This document shows, one piece after another, positions 13,040-25,554 of a stretch of 60,000 bases of DNA. The notes under the pieces are model-generated. The model searched no databases, was not told the DNA's origin, and worked only from the letters and a program-made list of their open reading frames with translations. Every line of letters begins with the position of its first letter. Within the stretch, counting starts at the first letter, position 1. Source of the DNA: Lytechinus pictus. Its lineage: Eukaryota. The position numbers and the translations under genes are program-made. The stretch lies in NCBI RefSeq assembly GCF_037042905.1, contig NC_087251.1, positions 37,822,001 to 37,882,000 on the forward strand. The letters run 5' to 3'.

Positions 13040-14130
13040 ATTACACTCCATTCTGCCTTGAGCATCCTCTTCATCAAGACCCACCTTACTGCTTTCCTTC
13101 TTCACCATTTCTTCCCATGAAATCTCTGGTCTCCCCTTTCTTCATTAACGCCATCCACTTCAAGATCCCACGCTCCTTTCATTGGTTCGTCATTTCCCAG
13201 ACATGGCCCATCCATCTCAAATTATTTCTCTTTACCACTTCTACATCAATTACATCCAAGCCCAACCCTTCTGTGATGTGACGAGCACAATAAATGATAC
13301 GTATTGACTCCAAGAGATACGGTTGCAGCATGGTTGCAGAGTGTCTTTATTAAGGTGCCAATTGTACTAGCACAAATGTATCACATCTCAACAGTTGATG
13401 GCGCAGCACAAAGTATCCAGTATGGATGATGGAGGTGCCGTGGCCGAGTGGTCTAAGGCGCCTGGCTATACATGTTAAGTCCGGGGTTCGATCCCCGGCG
13501 GCAGCACCTATGCCTGTGAGCAAGGCATTTAATCTGCATTGCTCTTTTATCCTGCTTTCAAATAAATGGAAATGCTATGTGCATTTTTGGTAACTAGGTA
13601 TGCACTTGTTTGTTAAAAAAAACATACATTACATCTTCCATTAGCTCACTTGTGTTCTTTCTAATTCTTTTCAACACCACACATTTTTCTTCAGTTTTCA
13701 CCATGGCTCTTTCTGTTCTCTTCAAGATACCTTCGTCTTTAGTCTTCACATTAATTGTTTCAAAGTCATATACCATATACATATGACTGTACTGACACAT
13801 GCCATATAAAATCTGGTCGTTCATTCACACCGTTAACCTTCTACCAACTAGGATCAAAGCCAGCTCAGTGATAACTACCTCCATCCCAATCTGTATCTCC
13901 TTGATAATGCAATCTCAAATCCACCATCACTGTTGATAACAAAAATTCTTTACCTTCTCAAATTTCCCACAGACATCTCTTCTTCCTCCTCAGCCTCTCC
14001 ATTTGAAATCTCCCTATATTTCTTCACTCAGAACTATCATACAACCGGTAGAGGTTTTTTTCCCCCTCACTTTAGCACCGTTGATGATTTTCATCACAAT
14101 CAAGCTAGACAAGAATCCTTTCACAAATTT
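13040..14130 (-). mobile_element. Decayed RTE-clade LINE (C-terminal ORF), interrupted by a SINE
   Basis: Frameshifted translation gives ET..VK..DEGILKRTERAMV and LRWMGHV...LEVDG...RGRP..SWEE.VK, typical RTE ORF end motifs. Confidence 0.8.
13431..13622 (+). mobile_element. tRNA-derived SINE (second copy at 28976-29139, minus)
   Basis: A box TGGCCGAGTGG, B box GGTTCGATCCC, A-rich tail; no acceptor stem. Confidence 0.88.
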
Positions 14131-15089
14131 GTGAAATGGAGCTTCGATGTTTTATTTTGTGAATTTTCAATACAAAATTAGAGTAACATAAAAAAGAAAA
14201 ATACAATGGATATTCATATAATTTAATTGATTCTTTATTAATAATTTCACAAAATGTACAAAACTATACACAGCAGTAAATACAATAGCAGTATTCACCA
14301 ACTAAATAAATAAATTACACTGCTTCCCTTCTATAAAGAAACAGAGAATATGGAAGACCAATGATTCCCCAATATCAATTACAATCTTAATGGAATGTAA
14401 AAAATAGGATTATCAAGCAGAATTGTTTTTCTCTCTTTCTCAAGCTATCTAAAATGTATATTAGTGAAATATGTGTTTCAATTCAAACAGGATATTTTGG
14501 ACTTGAAATATGAGTTTAATGATTTGGAAGATAGCACTGAAATGATGCCGTCAGGGAACAATTGCAAGTGAAACTCCCCAAATTTAATCACAAATTACAA
14601 GGTACTGGGTCTCGTTAGTTACATAAAGACTTGTTATCATAACATAGCACAACTTCTGTAACATATTTACCATCAGCCAATCAGATTGAAGGATTTCAGT
14701 AGCTTTTTACTGTTATTGCAAATTTGTTATTTTAACAACTTTTATGAAATGGCCCCCAAATTAGTTTCTTGCAATAGGAAGCGATTTACTACAGGTAAAA
14801 TCGAAATTTGATCTTTCAATGGATTGCAAATAGAGAAGTTTCTTGCAACAGACTTCTGCGTAATATCAGATTAACAAAGACCGACTCTGTAGAAATTCTG
14901 GGAAATACATTCAATAATTGATAAAACAAATGACTTAAATCGAATGAATAAAAAATGGATTCCACACATCAAAAGCATCTAACAGTGTCCGGTAAGTAGA
15001 GATACAATCGCTCTTACAATCAGTTGCAAATTGTAACTGTAGTATATATGTAACACTTGGTTTGCCAAAGACCTTCAGATCAACTGTTT

Positions 15090-16505
15090 GACCGAAATGT
15101 GACGTCATCAATTTTCACTTTTTGCATATCAGCGTTTTTGATACCATATTTTGGTAGAGCTTGAGGAGAAACCCCCACAACCTAAATTTGGTGGGAATTG
15201 GTCCATTGGGCTCCAAGGTATGACCTCATGAATACATAATTAGCCCCACTGAAGTCAATGTATTATTGGCCTGGGGACCGTTTCTCAACACCGTCATAAG
15301 TCTAACTTCTTGACTAAATCGAAGATAGTGAGCTACTTGTCCGCTAACCGTTTCACGAAGCCCTCTTTGCCAAGAACGGGGACAACAACCTGACCAAATA
15401 TTTATGACACCTCCGAACCTGTCATAACTTCTTTCTTAATGACGTAGTGGCATCACGTGGGTACACTATGACATGCAAAATTGCCTCGAAATTTGAAAAT
15501 TGTAATCTTACGTAATCATTCATAGAAGTTGAGATTACTTTGCAAAACAGGTGTGATAGCTCATTCAATAATAATTGTAATGCACAGAAACTATAAAAAC
15601 TGTTGGTAAAACGCAACAAAACCACTCATTTTGAAATAGTAAAATAATTGAATCGATAAAGATTCTACCACATCAGGTCATCCATAACTGGACTCGTATT
15701 CGTCGTTTTCAAACACCTATCAACATTTTTGATAAATTCTATCTCTAATTTATGCAAAGAATTTGACAAATCGTGTGTTTCGGTATGTAAAAATTTAAAA
15801 ATTTATGTTAAACTATATTTTGATGATGTTTGGAACCATAAATAAACGTATAATTATCATTATTTTACAAAGAAAACAATTGTGGTTTACTTTCGTAAAC
15901 TATCAAAATTTACTATCCCAGGGATACCCATCTCAATGTCCACATGTGATTTTTTAGTCATGAAATGAATTATTCATAATTTGATTTTCTCAGCAATTGA
16001 ATGCCCCAGTCTTCATGGTTTAAGTATGCATGGTTCATATTTTGCCTCTGCTATTATTTTTATTAGATGTATTTCCAAATTAATCACAATAATTGAAGTT
16101 TTATCACATTTTTGCTTTTCAAAAATTATGCTATTTTGTGACTAAGGCTATGTCTCGTCTGCTCTTTCTACCGATAGTATCGATATCAAGGAATTCTAGT
16201 TAGGAAGCCCTTCGTGGAACGGGTTTAGTAAGATTGGAACTAACTCCGTGGTTGGTGGATAAAGATACGACTAACTTGTCCAGGTGTTGAGAAACGGGCC
16301 CCTGATTCCTAACATTTAGAACCTGGCCAATAATACACCGACTTCAATGGGGCTAATTACGTATTCATGATGTAATATCGAAGGTCCCAACGGACCGATT
16401 CCCACCAGATTTGGTAGTGGGGGTTTTTCAACATGCTCTACGAAAATATGGTATTAAAAAACGTTGAAATGCTAAAAAAGATTTTTACGTTATCTCTTCG
16501 GTAGT
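15090..16505. mobile_element. Palindromic MITE split by a nested insertion (uninterrupted relative at 39515-39880)
   Basis: Arms 15090-15270 and 16305-16505 are reverse complements; centre ttcctaacatttagaacc shared with the 39515 copy. Confidence 0.85.
15274..16301. mobile_element. 1028-bp non-autonomous Harbinger-like element, CTG TSD
   Basis: TIR GGG(A/C)CCGTTTCTCAACACC, 18/19 match; ctg on both sides. Confidence 0.88.
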
Positions 16506-18299
16506 CTATAGCTCTATGGCCAAGCATGAAATAGATTTTAAGTTCAGAGAGCAGAGATTGCATAAAAACTGACCAACCACATAATAAATACATAAATAGG
16601 CAAAATATACAAACTAAAATTATCAAATTATTCAAAAAGCATTATACATATAAATGTACATGAGCTGTTTGAAACTATACAAATTATTTCAGTTCTTCAA
16701 GTGAAATCACCCCAAATGGAATACAACAGGTAAAATGTGGAATCTGCATACTATAACGTTGAAATAATAAATAAATAATTTTTAAATATTAAAAGATAAT
16801 TCAAAGCGAATGCAAGAGCAAGAAATGCAATACTTGAAGGATAACTCATCACACGTACTCTTGTCAATTACATGTGTTGCTCAAAAACATGTATGTCAAC
16901 AAGGGCATCGGAAATTGTGACAAAACGATAACTTTGACATTTCTAAAGAGAAGCACAAAACCAGGAAGCAGGTATGTGGAAGTGCCCCATAAGTTATGCT
17001 TTTCATAATACATGAATTTTAAGGGGGAGTGAAGTGTGTGTGGTCTCTCACTGACTGTGTGTTATAAATACATAGTCTTAAACTATACGTTTTCAGATAT
17101 CTACTTACATGTAATACTACAGAGAATAAATCGACCTATAATTGTATTTGTATAGAGAAACTAATATGTTTTGAGAGGAAAAGTAATTGTTTTGCTACTT
17201 GGTAACATAATAATTGCGATATAAATGTATTGAGTAGTTAGTTAGCATGTTATCATTCCAGTGGGTCCATATTACTAGACTACACTAGCATTCTGGGTCA
17301 GGAAACTGGCCAGGTATGAGTAGTTGACGACTCGAGACGGCGCTATTGGTTCGTATCTGCTTTAAGTTGTGTGCCCTTACTGACTTATCCTTATTCTTCT
17401 CTGCATAGTTCACTTTAATATTTCTCTCATTTTTCTAATTCTTACTTGTTGCCTCTGCTATCTGATCTTGTATGTCTAGGGGAAAAAGTGGTATACCAAC
17501 AAGCCACTCATGGTAAAGAACAACGGTGGCACATGTATTATGAACCACAAAAATTGAATGTTTTGTATTTCATCTCTCCAGCAATTACACAGCATCATGT
17601 GGAATGTGGTTTATCAAATACAGGTTTATATTTTTAAAAAAAAGTGGAAAACTTGACATAGCAAAGCATAAAAAGAGGAAGGATGTGCAAAAGTGTGTAC
17701 AGTAACAGCAAACATTACTAGCACCAGCTGCATATATATTCTTAGAAACATGGAAAATACCAAGTAAAAAACAAACAAACAATAATTTGGTACTTTAAAA
17801 TATTGGTGGGTTTTTATATATTAATCATGTATTGTAACTAAAATAGTATAACCTTTTCTGAAAGTGCTTTGGGTTGGCATAATCCAGTTATTTGGAAGAA
17901 TTTGGATATTCCTATTTTTTGCTCTGTTTCTTTGATTTCATGAGAATTGATATCCAACTAGGCTTTGAAGAGTTAACATATCTCTTTGCATGTTCTTCTT
18001 TTTGGAGGAGGAAGTAAAAATGTGAGTCCTTTGGTCAAATAAAACTGTCAGACTTGAAGCTTAGCACGTTGAAGAGATGATGCGTCATTTGCAGATTTAT
18101 TCCTTCAGCATTTCCTTGAAAGTGGGTCCTCAAGTCAGCACTCCCAAATTTTCTGTAAAGATTCCAACATCTATATGATATGCAGTAATGACTTGAAGTG
18201 AAATATCTTCACCTTACAAACACAATGCATCGCCATGAAAAATAACCAGCTTCTACAAAATGAATTGTATTGTTTTTGCATAGTTGAAAAGTTATCTTT

Positions 18300-18437
18300 T
18301 CAGACCATTATTTGTGCCTCCTGCAGGATGCGTAGCCGAGGTCCGATGGGTATACCGATGTTTTCAAGCTTCTCCTCACTCAGATAGGGCATCTCTATCA
18401 TCGATATCCCAGCCTTCTCAAAATTGCTGCTGTATTT
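18300..18437 (-). CDS. Exon 18 (terminal), SAM domain (KYSSNFEKAGISMIEMPYLSEEKLENIGIPIGPRLRILQEAQIMV*)
   Basis: aacag acceptor; Y-x-x-x-F, L-S-E-E-x-L-x-x-I-G-I-P-x-G-P-R-x-R-I SAM consensus; TGA at 18300-18302. Confidence 0.93.
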   Translation of the reverse strand, partial: KYSSNFEKAGISMIEMPYLSEEKLENIGIPIGPRLRILQEAQIMV

Positions 18438-18997
18438 CTGTTTTAGGGTTAAAAAACAGATAGAAAAGAAACTTGTTGTAACATAGGTGAAATCTGTTGC
18501 ATTCGAACAAAATGGATAAGACTGGATTCCAAAATATTCTTCAGGACGATAACTTTTTCATATGGAGAATTTCTATAAATTACCACCCAAATGGAAAAAA
18601 GAGGGCACATCAAATCTCCAACACCAATAAGAGGGGCATCAAGGCCATTCAATAGAGCATCCACGGTCACAGCCTTAGATTTAATAAAAGCCCTGCTGGA
18701 TTCTACATTCCATTTCTTATATTTGATTGCAATTCTAGGGTAATATTTATCAAGATTTGATTTAAAAAAATAATATCTCTTACTCAAATTAACATTCATT
18801 TTCTGCCCCTTTACAACTCCAACTAATCCGAACTGAACATGGGAGCTCAAAATGCAAACAGGATTATTTTGTGACCAAAGCATAAGAAATTTTAGTTATT
18901 ATCGAACAAAATGGCGTGCTTTATTCACAAAAAAATATTTTCCTTGATTTCTTAAACAATAAATGCAAAAATTAATGCCCTGAACAGCAATAATCAC

Positions 18998-19055
18998 CTC
19001 ATAGCCAAGATCCTTTAGGAATATTGATAATAACGGAGGCTCCTCCCCAAAGAAT
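18998..19055 (-). CDS. Exon 17, SAM N-part (KFFGEEPPLLSIFLKDLGYE)
   Basis: ttttatctttcag acceptor, GAG|GTGATT donor, phase 2-0; F-L-x-x-L-G SAM helix 1. Confidence 0.92.
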
Positions 19056-19151
19056 CTGAAAGATAAAAGTACAGGCATCCATGAATACCAGATTTCATTA
19101 TAGAATAAAATGATGTTATGTACATACAGATTTGTTATAGTCTATAGATGC

Positions 19152-19572
19152 TGGGCAATTCCATAAATTTTGTACGTCCGACGACTCAGACCCCATAAAT
19201 GTGAGACCTTCCTTTCTCTGTTTTCTATTTCATATGAAATGTTGTAATGCTAGAGATGTTTGTAAAGTGAAGTAAGGGAAAAAAGGGGGCTGACGAACAA
19301 AAATATTTATCATGTATATTTAATATATCAACACAATAAAATCTGAATTTAACACAATATTTCGTTTTTAACTCTGCATTTTCTTTTGTTGGGCAATTCC
19401 AAAAATAAGTACTTTTGACACCATATGTTTGGGACTTTACAGAAATTATTTGTCTCTGTTTTTTTTAATATTTCTTATGAAAACTTGTCGACTTGGGTAG
19501 TTCATGAAAAGAAGAATGGAGTAAAATGGGGGCTGGTCATAGAAAAAAAAGGTTGATTATGTGATGAAATTG
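19152..19572. mobile_element. Tandemly duplicated MITE-like fragment
   Basis: gggcaattcca starts at ~19153 and ~19391 with homologous continuation; aattgccc end at ~19574. Confidence 0.5.
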
Positions 19573-19605
19573 CCCTTTTTTAAAATAAGATACACAAAAT
19601 ATCAG

Positions 19606-21653
19606 GGGTAGTATTCTGAAAACGTTCTTACCGGTATCTTAATTTTGTTCTTATCTACGTCACGATTTCAAATTGGTATTCTGAAAACGTTCTTATCTTT
19701 TGTTCTTATCTTTTTCTTATCTTGCTTAACATCCTATGCTGAGCGCGTAAATGTATTACTCGCGCATATAATACAAAAGCGCGCTAAAAAGATAAGAACA
19801 AAATGAAGATAAGTGGTATTCTGAAAACGTTCTTATCTTTTCTCTTTCTTATCTTTCACGATATTTATGATAATATTTAAGATAGCTAGAGGGTTATCAC
19901 ATCTCACGATGTCCGCGTTCTTTCTTGCTTAAAATCGATGGCCACTAGTTGTAACAAGTACCCACAAGTATTCCTCCCACCCTTTCTTTCATTCACCCTT
20001 TATTTTCCCCGTCTCTTTTTTTCTATCCCTTTTTTCTTTCTTTCTTTCTTTCTTTATTTACTTTCTCTTTTTCTTCCTTTCTATGTGTCTGTCTTTCTTC
20101 CTTTCTTTAAGTTCATTCTTCATTTATATTTTTTGTTTTATTCTTTTGAATCTTTTAATTTCTTTACTTTTCTTTTGCTTTGTTTAATTCATTTATTCTT
20201 CATCTTTCTTCCTTTTTTATTTTCCCTTTTCATTTTATCCCTTTCTTTCTTTTCTTGAATAAGTCTTTATTTCTGCTTTTATTATTTCCCCTTTCTCTCT
20301 TCCTTTCCTTTTCTTTTCTTTTCATTTTTCTTTCTTCCGTCACATTTTTGTAATCTTTTTATTTCTTCCTTATTTTTTTCTTTCATTCTTTCGTCTTTAT
20401 ATGTGCTTTTCCTTTTTTCCCCTTTTTCTTTCTTTCTTCCTTCCCTTAATTTATTTTTTTCCCCTTATTTTTTTATTTTTTTTATTTTTGGGTTCTTTTT
20501 TTTCTTTTTTCGCTCATTCGTTTGTTCTTTCATTTTTTTTTCAATTTCTGCTTCCTGACACTCTTGTGTCTTATTTACTTTCTTTTTTGTGTTTTATTCT
20601 TTATTCGCTCATTCTTTTTCGTTCATTCTTTATTTACTCTCTTTCTTTACTTTCCTCTCTGTGTTTTTCTTCTATCAATTAAAAAAAATATTTTTCTTTA
20701 TTCTTTCCATTAATGTTTTTTCGTTTTCTTTTTTTATTCATTCTTCACTTTTCTTGACTTTTTATTTTCCCTTTTCGTTCCTTTTCTTTATTTAAATTTA
20801 CCTTTCTTTCTTTTTATCTTTCTGTAATCTTTATTTTTGCTTTAATTTTCCTTTCATTTTTTTCTATCTCATCTTGATTTCTTTGTTTCATTTTCCTATT
20901 CCTCTCTTCCTTCACTTTTTACATTTTTTTCTCCTTTCGTTTTCTTTTTCTTTCACACTGTCTTTTTTTTCTTTTTCGCTTCTTCATTACTTCATTTTAT
21001 CCTTTTTTAATCTTTTTTATTTTGTCCTTTTACTTTTTTCCTTTAAGTTTCTTTCTTTTCTTTCTTTATTTTTTCTTCCTCACTTTATCATTGATAATCG
21101 CTCTATTTCTTTTTCCTTATTTTTATTTTATTTTATTTTTTCTTAGCTCCTTTTTGCTTGCTTACTTTCGTTTACTCTTTATTTCTTTCATTATTTTCTG
21201 CTTTGTTCCTTTCATCTTTTTTTTAAATTTCTGCTTCATTCTGACACCTTTCTGTCTCATGACTTACTTTCTTTCTTCATATTTTATTCTTTATTCGTAC
21301 CTGCTTTATTTACTTTTTTTCTTTCTTTATTTTGTGCATGTGTCTCGAAATAATAATCAGTCATTGCGTACAAAATGCCTATTTCGCGCAATGCGCCAGA
21401 AACAGTGTACGCACAGCGCCCATGATATTCTCTTGACATAAGGAACGCTTCTATTGGTTAAACTGCCAATATAAAGCGCATTTTGATTGGTAATATCCTA
21501 AAAATGGGCGTGTTGAAGATAAGAAGGAGGCAGTCCTTACAAAGATAAGAACGCGTTAAGAAGATTTTCAGAATACCGATTTGCAATGATTTTAGCGTCT
21601 TCTTATCTCAATGAGATAAGAACAAAGATAAGAACGTTTTCAGAATACCACCC
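19606..21653. mobile_element. 2048-bp non-autonomous Harbinger-like element with a polypyrimidine core, CAG TSD
   Basis: TIR GGGTRGTATTCTGAAAACGTTCTTA; cag on both sides; subterminal copies of the TIR motif; T/C-rich core ~19970-21335. Confidence 0.9.
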
Positions 21654-21755
21654 CAGGTGTCTAGCAATTAGTTATGCAACCCAATGACAGGTAACTGGAA
21701 AATTGTACATTCAAGGTCAACCCTACACCCTACCCCCCAAGAGCTTAACTCTTAC

Positions 21756-22044
21756 TTGGTGAGTTTCTTGATCTTCTGTGGGTTGGCACACTGCGGCACA
21801 AACGGTCTATGAAAGCTCCTTGATGATGCAGATACATCGTGATTAAAGTACGCAACATCCTTCAACTGATTCACTTCAATCCTCAATGCTTCGATCTCTC
21901 GAATCAGAGCATTCTGAGATCGCAATTCAGACGATAGGTGGGCAACGCTACGGGCCAGCGTCACGACATGAGACTCCACTCGGGAGAAACGCTTGTTGAC
22001 TGACTTGATATCTCGTTCCCGTTGTTTGGTGGACAGTTTGTTGC
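21756..22044 (-). CDS. Exon 16, coiled coil (KRFSRVESHVVTLARSVAHLSSELR...KIKKLT)
   Basis: aacag acceptor, AA|GTAAGA donor, phase 1-2; heptad pattern. Confidence 0.92.
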
Positions 22045-22465
22045 CTGTTGGTGGGATTTTATATTATAAGATGTCCTTAAAAAATTGTAAGCTCTGTATA
22101 ATAATTGTCATCTGATTGGTCATTCAATATTATAAAACAAAGAATAATTAACAGAAAATATACATATTGCAATTTCTTTTACAGCAACAAACATTTAAAG
22201 AAATAATTTCTTGCCAGGTACCCATTTGCCTGAATTTGGGCCTTTAAGATATACTTTATTTTAATTTCTAGCTGCCTAATGCATGTGTTAAACATTGGAT
22301 TTAAATATCAAATTAAGTATAAGTCACTTAACTTTTGAGCAAATAGTTATTCTAAACTCTGAACAATATACTAAAGGTAACTCAGTCTTGGGTTTTCGCA
22401 AGTCAATCAGATTTAAAGGACTTTGTAATTACTGTGAACTTGGAGTAATAGCAAGGGTAACTCAC

Positions 22466-22553
22466 TTTTTTGTTTGCCAATGTTTCTCATGGGTGCATTG
22501 ATCTTGTTTCCTGCCTTTGGACTGTCACTCTCCAGCTTACTAGAACCAATCAC
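22466..22553 (-). CDS. Exon 15 (VIGSSKLESD...IGKQK)
   Basis: cattag acceptor, A|GTGAGT donor, phase 0-1, needed to keep the frame. Confidence 0.85.
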
Positions 22554-22825
22554 CTAATGTATAGAAAAGTATTGAAATGAAGCCATTACATTTGATTACA
22601 CACTAAATAAATCACCCTATACTTGAAAATTGCATTTATTAATTTGCAGGGGTCTTAAAAAAGGAAGTCCCTGAAACTCAACAACTGACATTCATAACAA
22701 AAAAGAGAGAATAATTTGAATTGGTATATTATTATTATCATAATTCAATAAGAAATCATTGGAAACCTACATCCTTTTTTAAGTGAGGAAAAACTTTGGA
22801 TTATCAATCAACATTTGCATAAAAT

Positions 22826-23007
22826 TACCATCAACATCAACATCATCATCATCATCATCACCATCACCATCACCATCGTCATCATCATTGTCATCATCAT
22901 CAATCATCATCACCATCATTATCATCATCATAATCACCATCATCATCATCATAATCACCATCATCATCACTAACATCATCATCATCATCATCATCTTCAT
23001 CATCATC
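22826..23007 (+). repeat. Imperfect (CAT)n microsatellite, intronic
   Basis: Direct inspection; lies between exons 14 and 15. Confidence 0.95.
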
Positions 23008-23132
23008 TATTTCAGTCAGCACTCTCCCTCTTACAATGAGTTACTGACTCTCGCCCCACGATGACACTCCCTCCTTCCACTTTTTTCCATCTTGAGCATC
23101 CGCCTAATGAAAACAGCGTCTGAGGTACTTAC

Positions 23133-23374
23133 ACCCAGTATTTCTTTATACATTCCCTCCAGCGCCAGGAGCTGTGACCTGACAGCCTCCATGTTCTGGT
23201 TCTCCTTCCCGCCGGCCAACGAGGAGGCCCTAGATGGGTTACCCTGGAGGGTCTCCTCCTCCCTTCCATCAGGACCGGACATCAGACTGGATGGTGCCTT
23301 CTGCTTGGGGGATACATCACTGTCCGATGCCTCCGTCTGCTCCTGAACTTGATTCAACTGCAAAGATGGTACTG
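23133..23374 (-). CDS. Exon 14 (AVPSLQLNQV...QLLALEGMYKEILG)
   Basis: Tandem CAGCAG acceptor, GGT|GTAAGT donor, phase 1-0. Confidence 0.88.
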
Positions 23375-23920
23375 CTGCAGAGTAGCAAAGAAATATCAAA
23401 CTTTATTATCATTCTCTGTGTCCCAGCAGATTCATTCTCCAAGATTATGTTCAAGAGAAAAGTTTTGCAGCCTTTGAATTTGAAACAATGGTATATATAA
23501 AAAATATATATTGCACATGCAGGAGGATGTACAATTCGATGGAACATTCAAAACTTATCAAAAATAATTTGCCTTTCTCTTTTATCTATTTTTCACCCTG
23601 AATAATTTAACAGGAGTTTATAGATTTTGACATCTTTCCACTACACTTGGTTGTTCAACTTTGATGTATAGAACGATATTGAATGAGATTCATGAAAGTA
23701 CACACAAACATATTTCTATAGACATGCGACATAGAGTGAGTGAACATGTCCCCTGACAGCTGATATTTCTAGACAAACTAATGCATACATCCTCATCTTA
23801 CAGAGGAAAAATAACAGAGGTGGTGATCTACATCTGACTGTCTTTTGAAGACTCAACTTTAATAGACAAGTCATCTCAAATGTAAACCTATCACTCTGTT
23901 AGTGAGAGAAGTTTACCCAC

Positions 23921-24779
23921 CTCTGCTACTACTTCCACTTGATTTGCGACTCTCTTTCCCTGTCGAAGCGCTTCCTCTACTGTTAGTCCTTGATCCATGC
24001 TTGTTTTTCCTTCTGCTTTTACTACCGCTTCTCTTTAGCGGTGACCTAGAGTCTCCAAGTTTATAGTTCGCACTGTGACTCCTGTTCACAGGACCCTTTC
24101 TGAGCTTCCCTAAACTGTCCCCTCTGTTTCTCCTTGGATTCAATGGTGATTGCTGGTTGTTGGTCGCCCAGATGCTGGATGATCTATTCTTCTTGTAGGC
24201 CGAGGGCGATTCTGGAGGGGTCTCTGGAGGGGTAATGTCGGGAGAGAGCGGGGGCAAGGGCGGGGTGTGCGACCGCGAGGAGCTTTCGCTGTAAGGCATA
24301 TCATACTCGTACGCCATCTGCTGCATGGCAAATGCTTCCTCGCTCATGCCGCCACCAGGCATCATGGGATACATGGGGTTCGATGCGCGTATCGGCACAA
24401 AGGCAGTGTTCTGATTCGGTCTCTGGTACAGCCGTTGCAGCAGTCCCTGATCGTCCAACGGCTGAGGCAGACTCTGCGACAGGAAGGCCTGCCCCCTGTT
24501 GTCCATTTGATCAATGTATTGTTCATGAAAGCCAGCATCTGCATTGTACTGGTCGGGGAATTGGGAACGCGATGACGAGTAATACCTCTGGAAACCCTGA
24601 GATCGAGGTAACGTCTTGGGAGAGCTACGGCCTCTAGATTCGTAGCCACTGGTTGGTGGGCTCTGGCCATTTGGCTGCAGCTTGCGGTAGACCGGAGGAG
24701 AATGACGTTGGATGTGATCCTCATATGAAGGAAGATGCCTTGTCCTTTGACCATCACCTGGTGTTCTGTATGGTGGGGA
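23921..24779 (-). CDS. Exon 13, large disordered Ser/Pro/Arg-rich exon
   Basis: Lies within the 300-aa ORF 23913-24815; ttttgcag acceptor, AG|GTGGGT donor phase 1; GC-rich. Confidence 0.92.
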
Positions 24780-25430
24780 CTGCAAAATGAAAAACACAGA
24801 GTGTAAGTTTTCCATCTATTTTCCAATATACTTTTTAAATAATTAATGTGAACCTTGGCAGATCCATGACTTTGTGAGGGGAGGGGGGCTGAAAATGTTT
24901 CCAAAGAATTTAACCAAAAAAATGGTTATCACAAATCTAGGGGGGCTACTTCCTGCTTTTCCACAGGCATTACTTTTGCAAGCTCATCCAACCCCCCAAC
25001 CCCCCCCCCCCCCTGGATTCACTGTTGGTGAACAAATATTTTAAAGGATAACAATAAGTTTTTTGGTCGTAGACCTAATATGGATTTAAATTTGAAAAAG
25101 AACACACAAAAAAGTTGATGCAATCAAGTTTTGAAGTACAGTAGATTCAATGTACAGTTGTCTGAGCTGGTAGAAAACATTATCTTTAGCTGCAGTCCTG
25201 CTTCATCGCATCTTTCCAATTCAAAGGCATCAATCTAAATTTACTAAACTCAATCTAAATGAGTCCATTAACCAGGATTCTGAAATTTAGTATCATCTTG
25301 TGCTCAACATATTCTGGCATAAAAAGCCTAACTAAAAATGTGTAATATACAATGTTATTATTATTATCATTATAAATTTTTTAGAGCGTGGTTAACATCA
25401 ATATATTTTACGAAATAAATCATGACATAC

Positions 25431-25554
25431 CCATGTCTGGGAAAGATTTGACATTGACCCTTTGTTGATTGGCTCCTCCCCATAGACCACACCCGATAGG
25501 TTGCGGAAATTATCTGGGAGCTTCTTGCTGATTGGACGGATAGGTTGAGGCCTC
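25431..25554 (-). CDS. Exon 12 (GRPQPIRPISKK...LSQTW)
   Basis: Pyrimidine tract + ctag acceptor, TGG|GTATGT donor, phase 2-0; bridges exons 11 and 13. Confidence 0.87.

Larger units (their letters stand above)
14151..18299 (-). other. Probable long 3' UTR with polyadenylation signals
   Basis: AT-rich non-coding sequence after the stop; AATAAA on the minus strand at 14234-14239 and 14151-14156. True end unverified. Confidence 0.45.

Noticed and set aside
13273..13410. Solo LTR with PBS-like tggcgcagc
   Set aside because: TGT...ACA ends, but only ~120 bp, no TSD and no partner LTR or coding remnant
18449..18883. 144-aa ORF in the last intron
   Set aside because: No recognisable domain; exons 17 and 18 join directly to complete the SAM domain
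19938..21441. Phe/Leu-rich membrane-protein-like ORFs
   Set aside because: Artefact of the T/C-rich core of a TIR element
22779..23064. Poly-Met/Asp and poly-Ser/Ile ORFs
   Set aside because: Translations of an intronic (CAT)n microsatellite
24140..24904. Overlapping alternative-frame and antisense ORFs
   Set aside because: Shadows of GC-rich exon 13; only one frame fits the splice phases
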